Shown one piece after another: positions 28,722 to 36,454 of a stretch of 64,000 nt of DNA. The notes beneath the pieces are model-generated. The model searched no databases. It was not told the DNA's origin and worked only from the letters and a program-made list of their open reading frames with translations. Both the position numbers and the translations under genes were made by a program. Every line of letters starts with the position of its first letter. Positions within the stretch are counted from its first letter, which is position 1. This DNA is from Sphingobacteriales bacterium. GTDB taxonomy: Bacteria > Bacteroidota > Bacteroidia > Chitinophagales > CAIOSU01. Where the stretch lies: the NCBI GenBank assembly GCA_027486795.1, contig JAIXOI010000040.1, forward strand, positions 10,972-74,971, given 5' to 3'.

Positions 28722-29537
28722 TTGGCAAACAACCATACCAGCCATACCAAATTGAACCTATTGGCCTACTTGGGCAAGGTGTACCACTACCGCAAAATGG
28801 TGCGCACCCTTGTGCGCCGCGACCTCAAGAAACAATATGCCCAAACGTTTCTGGGCGTGTTGTGGTCGGCTATACAGCCCGCCATTGGCTTGGTGGTGTT
28901 TACGTTGTTTTTTGTCTACATTTTTAAGATTGATACCAATGGTATTGCTTACCCTTTGGTGGCGCTAACGGGTATTGTGCCTTGGTTTTATTTTCTCAAT
29001 GTGGTTTCATCGGCAGGCAATTCGCTGACCGATAACCAAGACCTGATAAAGCGGCTATATTTCCCTCGATTGATATTCCCATTGGCTAAATCCATTACCG
29101 CTTTCGTCGATTTGGGCATTGCTTTTGTACTTTATACCCTGTTGGCGGTATTTTACGGTCAATTGCCCGGAAAAGCCATCCTACTTTTACCCGTCTTTTT
29201 GGGTATGTTGGTATTGTTGGCGCTTACGCTAGGTATTTGGTTGGCAGCGCTCACTATCCGTTTCAGAGACTTGCAAAACGTGGTGCCCTACCTGCTCAAT
29301 TTAGGTATATGGGTTACGCCGGTGTTTTACCCTGTAAGTGTTGTGCCGCAACCAATACAGCCTTATTTGCATTGGAACCCGATGGCCGGTATTATTGAAG
29401 GTTTTAGGTACAGTTTATTGGGCACCGGCAATTGGGATATGGCCTACCTCTACCCCTGGCCGTTTGTTTTGATTGCTTTTGTGGGCGGCCTTTTGTATTT
29501 TAGAAGAACAGAAACGATAGTTTCAGACTACTTGTAG
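28722..29537 (+). CDS. ABC-2 type polysaccharide/O-antigen exporter permease (Wzm/KpsM/TagG-like)
   Basis: 271 aa with 6 TM segments. The N-terminus YRKMVRTLVRRDLKKQYAQTFLGVLWSAIQP is typical of ABC2_membrane exporters. Confidence 0.85.
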   Translation: MANNHTSHTKLNLLAYLGKVYHYRKMVRTLVRRDLKKQYAQTFLGVLWSAIQPAIGLVVFTLFFVYIFKIDTNGIAYPLVALTGIVPWFYFLNVVSSAGNSLTDNQDLIKRLYFPRLIFPLAKSITAFVDLGIAFVLYTLLAVFYGQLPGKAILLLPVFLGMLVLLALTLGIWLAALTIRFRDLQNVVPYLLNLGIWVTPVFYPVSVVPQPIQPYLHWNPMAGIIEGFRYSLLGTGNWDMAYLYPWPFVLIAFVGGLLYFRRTETIVSDYL

Positions 29538-29622
29538 TATGATAAAAATCATTGACAACGAGTGCAGTGTTGGCTATCATTACACCGTTAACCTTTTTCA
29601 TTCGCAAAATAAAGATTGATAT

Positions 29623-30594
29623 ATGGGCTTTTTAAGCAGACTTTTCGGCGGCGGTGCAGATACAGCCGTGAAAGAACCAGTAAAAGCAGCAGCACCTGCG
29701 CCAAAACCATTGCCTAAGCTAGGGCAAGATGCCAACAAGTTCCGTCAAATTTTCCGCGACCCAGCGCTTCAAAAGCAATTTGAAGAAGACGGGTATGTAA
29801 TTGTTCAATTTTTGGAGCCAGAGGAGATTCAAGCCCTGCTCGATTTTAAGAACGGTACTAGACCTGATAACCGCTTCAACACCAATGCCGAAGACGCTAC
29901 CTATCACTTTACGTTTTTGGACACTAACATACCTTATAAAAAGGAGGTATTCAATACCGTGATGCAGTTTTTTCAACCTGCTATTGATAAGTGGATGATT
30001 GATTACAAGCCGCTGATTGTAAACTTTGTATTGAAGGATGCAGGTTATGGCGAAGTGCCCGTGCACCAAAACTGGAACTTTGTGGATGAGGAGAAATTCC
30101 GTTCGTTCTCGGTTTGGGTGCCTTTGATGGATACCAATGCCGAAAACGGTACACTGCAAATCATTCCAGGTACGCATACACAAAACTTCCATTACGCCAT
30201 TCGCAGCCCATGGATTCCTTGGTATTTTAAGGATTTCTCTGATTTCGTTATCAAAGAATACCACCGCCCCTTGAATGTAAAAGCTGGCCAAGCCGTTATT
30301 TTTGATGATAGTTTGATTCACTACTCTAGCCCTAACAACAGTAAAGAGCAGCGTATTGTAATCCAAAACATCATTATCCCTGCTGAAACAGAAGCGGTGC
30401 ACTACTACGTAGACCCAGAGCGCCCACAAGTGCTGCAAACCATGGTAGTGGACAAGGATTTTTATTTGGACTACGATATGCGCGCTACGCCAACAGGCTT
30501 TAAGTCGGTTGCCGAAGAACCGTATGTCGACCGCACCGTTGACAAGGAGACCTTTATTGCTATGATTAAGGCCAAGGGCATCGATAAGAAGTAA
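29623..30594 (+). CDS. PhyH-like Fe(II)/2-oxoglutarate oxygenase family protein (variant H-x-N motif)
   Basis: HQNWNFVDE, SVWVPLMDTNAENGTLQIIPGTH and AVIFDDSLIHYSSPN......R motifs, paralogous to the three downstream domains. Confidence 0.7.
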   Translation: MGFLSRLFGGGADTAVKEPVKAAAPAPKPLPKLGQDANKFRQIFRDPALQKQFEEDGYVIVQFLEPEEIQALLDFKNGTRPDNRFNTNAEDATYHFTFLDTNIPYKKEVFNTVMQFFQPAIDKWMIDYKPLIVNFVLKDAGYGEVPVHQNWNFVDEEKFRSFSVWVPLMDTNAENGTLQIIPGTHTQNFHYAIRSPWIPWYFKDFSDFVIKEYHRPLNVKAGQAVIFDDSLIHYSSPNNSKEQRIVIQNIIIPAETEAVHYYVDPERPQVLQTMVVDKDFYLDYDMRATPTGFKSVAEEPYVDRTVDKETFIAMIKAKGIDKK

Positions 30595-30616
30595 ATGCTA
30601 AAGTAAAAAGCGACCA

Positions 30617-33169
30617 ATGAAAGTGGTGAACGATGTAGATGCGGTGGAACGCTATTATGACGAGTGGACCGGCCGTTATCTGGAGGTTTATGGCGACATG
30701 ATTCAAGCGTTCCGTAGTGCCGACGATAAGGACACCCTTGGTCGCATAGCCAATAGCATTGGCTTTAAACCCGGCGAGCATATATTGGATGCAGGCTGTG
30801 GTGTAGGCGGCCCAGCAAGGTTTTTTGCCCAAAACAACGGTGTAACCGTTGAGGGCGTTACCGTAAGCCAAGTGCAAGTAGATACCGCAAAGGAAAAAAA
30901 CCTTGCGGCTGGCTTAGACGATAAAATCAAAATTAAGAAAGCCGATTTCCATACCCTTACCGAGCACTTTAACCGCGAGCGGTTTGATAAGGTATTGTTT
31001 CTCGAATCGTTGGGCCATTCCAAAGAACCTGAGAAAGTATTGAAAGGTGCTTTTGATGTGCTGAAACCGGGTGGCTATGTGTATATCAAAGACTTTTACG
31101 CCAAAGAAAGCGATAACCCAGAATACCAAGCGTATATTGACAGGTTGGTAAACAACATCAATGTGGCATATAGCTACAATACGCTTGACCTAAATGTGGT
31201 GCTTAAAGCCATGCGCAGGGCGGGTTTTGAGGTGGAGTTTATTCGCCCGGTACCCATTGAGCATGATATTGAAGTAAGGGCCGATTTTGAATCGAAATTC
31301 GGTATTGACCTGTTCGAAGGGGGGTTGGATTTCCCTTATGCCGATTGGTTAGAAATAAAGTGCTGGAAACCTACTTATCGTTTCAAAAACCAAAAGCAAT
31401 TTGTAGATGAGAACCTACAGACTACTTATGATAAGCAGGGTTTTGTAACCACGCCATTGCTAAGCGCCGATGAGGTAAAACAATTATCTGATTGGTTTTA
31501 TGCCAACCAGCCCGATACGGGGGGCAACTTCCAGGCCACTATTGAGATACAAGATGCCGAGTACCGCCGCAAAGTAAACGCGATGGTAAAGGAGGTAATT
31601 GGCAGCAAAATAAAGAAACTATTGCCGGGCTACCGTGCCATAGTGGGTGGGTATGTAATAAAACCACCTGCTGAAGGCGGTATCAAAAAAATGCATAGCG
31701 ACTGGCAATATACCGACGAAACCGTGCAGCCGAGCTTCTCGGTTTGGGTGCCGCTGTTGCCTGTAAACAAAGAGAATGGCGCCATGATGTTCATACCTGG
31801 CAGCCATAAACATGCAGCCTTATTGCGCGGGCAACATACCGTAAACGCCTACGACATTATTGAGCCGATATTGAAAGCCGATAGGGTAGTAACCATTGAG
31901 CAACCACCTGGCGAAGCGGTGATATTTGACCAGCGCATTTTGCATGGCTCGGGCGAGAACTTTACCACCGTGCCGCGCTTGGCCATGACCCTCACCATTG
32001 CCCCCGTGGATGCTGATTTGCTGCATTTTTATCGCGACCCTGTTACACAGGCGCACAACACCATGACCAAATATGTGGTGCCTGAGCATTTTTATCTCGA
32101 TTATGATTTCAACTTCCCACCCGATGAAAAATACAAGGTGGGTGAAGTAGTGGATAAGAATTTGGATTGGGTAGTGAGCAATCTCAAAACAGAGTATGCC
32201 AAAGGCGATGGGCCTTTGTTTGTAGAGAAAATGCGAGAGAAACCCATTTCTGCCAGACGGGTGATGATAGCTGAGGCAGATGAAAGGGCTATGGAAGAAG
32301 AGGGTTTCGTTATCAAACCTTTTCTCAGCACCGAAGAAATTACCTACATGCAAGGCTTGTGGGACCAAGAAACGGCAGGCCTCACCCAAAGCATGGTGGC
32401 CACAACCATGAGCACCAATAAGGCTTTCAGGGAGCATTTGCACGCCGAAATTTGCCGCATTTTTGCGCCAAAGCTTAATGCCATACTGAAGGATTACAAG
32501 CCATTGAGCGGCGCGTATATCATGAAACGCCCTAGCCCCGATAGTGCTTTGGTAACGCATTTCGATTGGATGTTTGTGGACGAGCGCCGCTATGCAAGCA
32601 TGCACGTGTGGGTGCCTTTGGTTGATGTAGATGCCACCAATGGAGCGTTCCAGATATTGCCGCGTAGCCACAATATGGTAAATGCTTGGCGCGGGCAGAA
32701 TACGTTGGATTCTATCTTCTTCAACAACAGAACCATTAAAGCTGGTGCCGCTCTGACGCTGAATATGAAGGCTGGCGAGGCATTGATTTACGACAACCGA
32801 TTAATTCATGGCACGCCACCAAACACTAGCCAGAATGATAGGCTAGCGGCGGGATTGGTTATGATACCTAATGAAGCAACGCCAATACACGTATATACCC
32901 CAGCTGAGAAAATGCATGATGAAGATGTGGAGGTATATGAAGTGGACGAACAGTTCTACTTCGACCACGACATTCGGGAGCGACCGGTAGGATATAAGTT
33001 CATTGAAAAGGTGCGCGATACGCGTCGCGGTGAAACGTTCCGTTTGTTGGAAGAGGCATTTTTGGAGCCAATCAAGAAAGTAGTTGAGCCTGTACACGAG
33101 ATTGCTGCACCAACAACCGAGGATAATGCCTCATTGCTTCAAAAGCTAAAAAGGACTGTTTTTAAGTAA
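30617..33169 (+). CDS. fusion protein: class I SAM-dependent methyltransferase + two PhyH-like oxygenase domains
   Basis: Methyltransferase: ILDAGCGVGGPARFF, VLFLESLGH, LKPGGYVYI (aa 1 to about 250). Oxygenase 1: H360-S-D362, SVWVPLLPVNKENGAMMFIPGSH, ILH443GSGEN. Oxygenase 2: H648-F-D650, HVWVPLVDVDATNGAFQILPRSH, LIH731GTPPN. Confidence 0.8.
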   Translation: MKVVNDVDAVERYYDEWTGRYLEVYGDMIQAFRSADDKDTLGRIANSIGFKPGEHILDAGCGVGGPARFFAQNNGVTVEGVTVSQVQVDTAKEKNLAAGLDDKIKIKKADFHTLTEHFNRERFDKVLFLESLGHSKEPEKVLKGAFDVLKPGGYVYIKDFYAKESDNPEYQAYIDRLVNNINVAYSYNTLDLNVVLKAMRRAGFEVEFIRPVPIEHDIEVRADFESKFGIDLFEGGLDFPYADWLEIKCWKPTYRFKNQKQFVDENLQTTYDKQGFVTTPLLSADEVKQLSDWFYANQPDTGGNFQATIEIQDAEYRRKVNAMVKEVIGSKIKKLLPGYRAIVGGYVIKPPAEGGIKKMHSDWQYTDETVQPSFSVWVPLLPVNKENGAMMFIPGSHKHAALLRGQHTVNAYDIIEPILKADRVVTIEQPPGEAVIFDQRILHGSGENFTTVPRLAMTLTIAPVDADLLHFYRDPVTQAHNTMTKYVVPEHFYLDYDFNFPPDEKYKVGEVVDKNLDWVVSNLKTEYAKGDGPLFVEKMREKPISARRVMIAEADERAMEEEGFVIKPFLSTEEITYMQGLWDQETAGLTQSMVATTMSTNKAFREHLHAEICRIFAPKLNAILKDYKPLSGAYIMKRPSPDSALVTHFDWMFVDERRYASMHVWVPLVDVDATNGAFQILPRSHNMVNAWRGQNTLDSIFFNNRTIKAGAALTLNMKAGEALIYDNRLIHGTPPNTSQNDRLAAGLVMIPNEATPIHVYTPAEKMHDEDVEVYEVDEQFYFDHDIRERPVGYKFIEKVRDTRRGETFRLLEEAFLEPIKKVVEPVHEIAAPTTEDNASLLQKLKRTVFK

Positions 33170-34026
33170 TGCGCACCATTTTTAAAAATAGCGCCCACCA
33201 AGAGCAATACAACCGCGATGGTTTTATTCGTTACCCTTTGCTATCAAGCCAAGAGATTACCGATTTGCTGACCGTTTACAAGGAGCTAAACTCAGGCTTA
33301 GAGGGTAATAAGTTTTATACCTCGCATACTAGTGGCGATGTGGCCTACAAAACCAAAGTAGACCAAGCTATTAAAGAAGTGCTGGTGCCTAAGTTGTGCG
33401 ATATTTTTGAGGATTACAAACCCGTGTTTGGCTTCTATTTGGTAAAATCGCAAGGCTCAGAGACCTTAGATTTGCACCTCGATTGGCAGTTTGTTGATGA
33501 GCGCCAGCATGCTGGGTTCAATATGTGGTGCCCATTGGTGGATGTGAATAAAGAAAACGGTGCCATTTTCGCCATCCCCGGCAGCCACAAGCATATTAAA
33601 ATATTGCGTGGCTGCAACACCCCTAACCCTATGTGGTATGTGGATGGAAAGGTAGATAAAAACCAAGTACAAACCCTTCCGCTTAAAGCGGGCGAGGCTT
33701 TGGTTTTCGATTTGCGCCTAGTGCATGGTGCCTGGCCCAACACCTTGCCACAGCAGCGCATTGCAGTGGGTATGGTTGCCATTCCGCAAGAGGCGGATAT
33801 ATTGCATTTTTGGACTGAAAAGGAAGAACGAGGGCACAAGGATATTGAAGTGTACCGTATGCAGCCCGAATACTACATGCTCAATCACAACGGCCAACGC
33901 CCCCCTGCCGAAAGCCTTATTGGGCATTGGGATGACACCTTACGCGAGCAAACCATTGCCGACCTAAAAAAAGCCTACACCCAAAAGCCTTCGTTTATCA
34001 AGCGGCTGCTTGGTGCTTTGGGGTAA
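33169..34026 (+). CDS. PhyH-like Fe(II)/2-oxoglutarate oxygenase family protein
   Basis: HLDWQFVDE, NMWCPLVDVNKENGAIFAIPGSH and LVFDLRLVHGAWPN....R motifs. The start overlaps the upstream stop (TAATG at 33167-33171). Confidence 0.75.
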   Translation: MRTIFKNSAHQEQYNRDGFIRYPLLSSQEITDLLTVYKELNSGLEGNKFYTSHTSGDVAYKTKVDQAIKEVLVPKLCDIFEDYKPVFGFYLVKSQGSETLDLHLDWQFVDERQHAGFNMWCPLVDVNKENGAIFAIPGSHKHIKILRGCNTPNPMWYVDGKVDKNQVQTLPLKAGEALVFDLRLVHGAWPNTLPQQRIAVGMVAIPQEADILHFWTEKEERGHKDIEVYRMQPEYYMLNHNGQRPPAESLIGHWDDTLREQTIADLKKAYTQKPSFIKRLLGALG

Positions 34027-34078
34027 TATTAGCTAATTCGTTTAACTTAGTTGAGCAGTTATCTAAATTGCCGAAGCA

Positions 34079-34378
34079 ATGAGCAAAATCAAAAACATAC
34101 ATCCAGGTGAGATTCTAAAGGAAGAATTTTTGATTCCCCTCGGAATAAGTGCCTATAGATTATCAAAGGACTTAGATGTGCCTCAAACACGCATATCTGG
34201 TATTTTGAAAGGAAGTAGGCGAATAACTGCTGACACTGCACTTCGGTTATCACGTTATTTTGGTAATTCAGCTAAGTTTTGGATGGGCCTGCAGGATGAT
34301 TTCGATTTAGAAGAGGAAAACAATAACATACAAGGAGCTTTGGAAGACATTAAGCATTTTAATGCTAATGCTGCCTAA
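34079..34378 (+). CDS. higA: HigA-family antitoxin / XRE-type HTH protein (no adjacent HigB)
   Basis: IHPGEILKEEFL.PLGIS.Y.L.....VP..RIS.I..G.R.ITADTALRL..YFG.S..FW..LQ is the canonical HigA pattern. Confidence 0.85.
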   Translation: MSKIKNIHPGEILKEEFLIPLGISAYRLSKDLDVPQTRISGILKGSRRITADTALRLSRYFGNSAKFWMGLQDDFDLEEENNNIQGALEDIKHFNANAA

Positions 34379-34396
34379 AAATAGGATGCTTTTATC

Positions 34397-35680
34397 ATGA
34401 CCCAACAACCCGAGCACGTAATTATTGTAGATAAGGTAACCAAGCGGTTTCGCATGTATGCTAACTACCGTGCGAGCCTTGCCGAAACGCTGAAGGATAA
34501 GGTAGGTGCTTTACTGGGCAGTAATGGCAAGCAAAAGTTAGGCGATAAGGTAGCCCTTAATGAAGTTTCCTTTGCCATAACTAAGGGTAGTACCGTTGGC
34601 ATTATTGGCCGCAATGGTTCGGGTAAGAGTACCTTGCTGCGTATGCTAGCGGGTATTACTGAGCCTACATCGGGTAGCATTGAGGTGAAGGGCAAAGTGA
34701 CCAGCATACTTGATATCGGTTCGGGTTTCATTGCCGACCTTACTGGCCGCGAGAATGTAATGATGGCAGGCAGCTTGATGGGAATGGATGACAACCTTAT
34801 CCGTCAACGAATGGATGAGATTGTATTGTTCAGCGAAATTGGCGACTATATTGACGTGCCCGTAAAATACTATTCTAGTGGCATGTACTTGCGCTTGGCG
34901 TTTTCTTTGGCCGTGCATTTAGATATGGATGTGCTACTGATTGACGAAGTAATTGAAGTAGGCGATGAAGCCTTTAAAATAAAGAGTTACAACAAGCTAA
35001 AGCAACTTACCGGGCAGGGCCATACCATCCTCATCTGCACGCACAACATGCGTTCGGTGGCTGAGTTGTGTACCGAATGCTTGGTAATAGAGCAAGGCAA
35101 ACTGATTGCCCAAGGCGACCCACAGCAAATGGTGGAAGCGTATATCGAGAAAATTTGGAGCAATAGCTACGAGCTGGAGAAAGGCCAAATACCATTAGCT
35201 TATCTTGAGGCAGAATTAAGCAAATTCCCCACTAACGAATGGCTCCAACTCACGCATTTTGTATTCAATCAGGATGGTGAAACGGAGCAGTTATATACCG
35301 ATAAAGCACTTAATCTAACCCTTCGGTACCGCAAGCTAAAACCCGATGCCACTATCAATGCCAGTATTTGGGTGTTCGATGCCATGCACCGCCCTATACT
35401 ATCTGGCAACAGTATGCCTTTGGAGCCGAGCATTACAACGGATGCAATTGGCGAATACGAGATGGCGGCCCATTTCCCTGCCAACTTTTTCAATAAAGGA
35501 TTGTTCTTTTTGAGGCTGCACTTCATCAAAGACAACGAGCGCCTCATACACGAGCACCCCAACCACCTACCTTTTAAAATGCACCTCCGCCACACCGACC
35601 CCAACAACCTAAAAATGGATGGCCGCGTAGGTAGCCCGCTATATATGCAACTGCCTTGGGAGAAGCGGTTTAGGGGTTAA
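34397..35680 (+). CDS. polysaccharide/O-antigen ABC exporter ATP-binding protein (Wzt/TagH-like) with an extended C-terminal domain
   Basis: Walker A GRNGSGKST, signature YSSGM, Walker B LLIDEV. About 170 extra C-terminal residues (from about 35159) follow the NBD. Confidence 0.85.
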   Translation: MTQQPEHVIIVDKVTKRFRMYANYRASLAETLKDKVGALLGSNGKQKLGDKVALNEVSFAITKGSTVGIIGRNGSGKSTLLRMLAGITEPTSGSIEVKGKVTSILDIGSGFIADLTGRENVMMAGSLMGMDDNLIRQRMDEIVLFSEIGDYIDVPVKYYSSGMYLRLAFSLAVHLDMDVLLIDEVIEVGDEAFKIKSYNKLKQLTGQGHTILICTHNMRSVAELCTECLVIEQGKLIAQGDPQQMVEAYIEKIWSNSYELEKGQIPLAYLEAELSKFPTNEWLQLTHFVFNQDGETEQLYTDKALNLTLRYRKLKPDATINASIWVFDAMHRPILSGNSMPLEPSITTDAIGEYEMAAHFPANFFNKGLFFLRLHFIKDNERLIHEHPNHLPFKMHLRHTDPNNLKMDGRVGSPLYMQLPWEKRFRG

Positions 35681-35705
35681 AGAGAATAATCCTTTGCTAC
35701 TCTAA

Positions 35706-36353
35706 TCATTTGATGTCAATGAAAAAGACAGTATCAATAAAGAAAAGATTTTCATTCCTTACAAGCACATTTTCATCATGCATATCTTCCAGTATTAGGC
35801 CAAGGTTTTGGCTATAATAGTCGTTCCTTTTGATGTTTTCAAAGCCATTTTTCTCTAAAAAGGTCTTAACATCACTAAGATCTGTAACTGCATCTGTAAT
35901 AATAAAAGGTTGTTCCAACACTGCAAGTAATTCGCCATCAGCCATTATGAAGGCAAGTAGTAAGTATCTAGTATCTAGAAATAATAGATTGTGTATGAGG
36001 ATACTATTAAGAAAAGCTAGCCAAGTAGAATAATAAATGGCATCGTTTAGCTTGATGACTGTATTTCTTGTAGTACTGAAATGTATTTTAGCTTCGCCCC
36101 CTTCTGTAAGAAAATTTTCATCCGACAACTCTTCTTTAAACCAAAGATTATTGTCTGTTGCAAAATCAATTAGGCAGTTTTTCTGTGCTTCTTTGATGAT
36201 TGATTCACCTTGGAAGCTTCTTGTAACTTTTGTATTTGTGCTAAAGCGCCCTGATAAGAAATTTCGGGCTGCTGTGAGATTATCTTCTCTCCCAAGGATG
36301 CTCTTTCCTCGAATGATAGTTTCAAGTTCTTCGTGCTTTTCATGGGTTATCAT
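35706..36353 (-). CDS. hypothetical protein with an atypical kinase-like C-terminal half (AT-rich gene)
   Basis: GGEAKIHF, IHNLLF and LILEDMHDENVLVRNENLFFIDTVF resemble the glycine loop, the catalytic D.H..N and a DxD-like metal site of small phage-type polyvalent kinase domains. This is a motif-level call only. Confidence 0.4.
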   Translation of the reverse strand: MITHEKHEELETIIRGKSILGREDNLTAARNFLSGRFSTNTKVTRSFQGESIIKEAQKNCLIDFATDNNLWFKEELSDENFLTEGGEAKIHFSTTRNTVIKLNDAIYYSTWLAFLNSILIHNLLFLDTRYLLLAFIMADGELLAVLEQPFIITDAVTDLSDVKTFLEKNGFENIKRNDYYSQNLGLILEDMHDENVLVRNENLFFIDTVFFIDIK

Positions 36354-36454
36354 TTAGTATAAAGATAAAACTACTTTTTAATAAAGGCTATTAAACCTTA
36401 TGAGCTTAACGAAAACCTATTAGTAATAGTGCCCCAATCAACTCTTGGTTCAGA

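Noticed and set aside
29719-32671. Long antisense ORFs inside the oxygenase genes (29719..30438, 239 aa; 31820..32671, 283 aa).
   Set aside because: Their products are rich in H, R and C with no motifs. They lie fully inside sense genes that carry four-fold conserved motifs, so they are most likely chance open frames.
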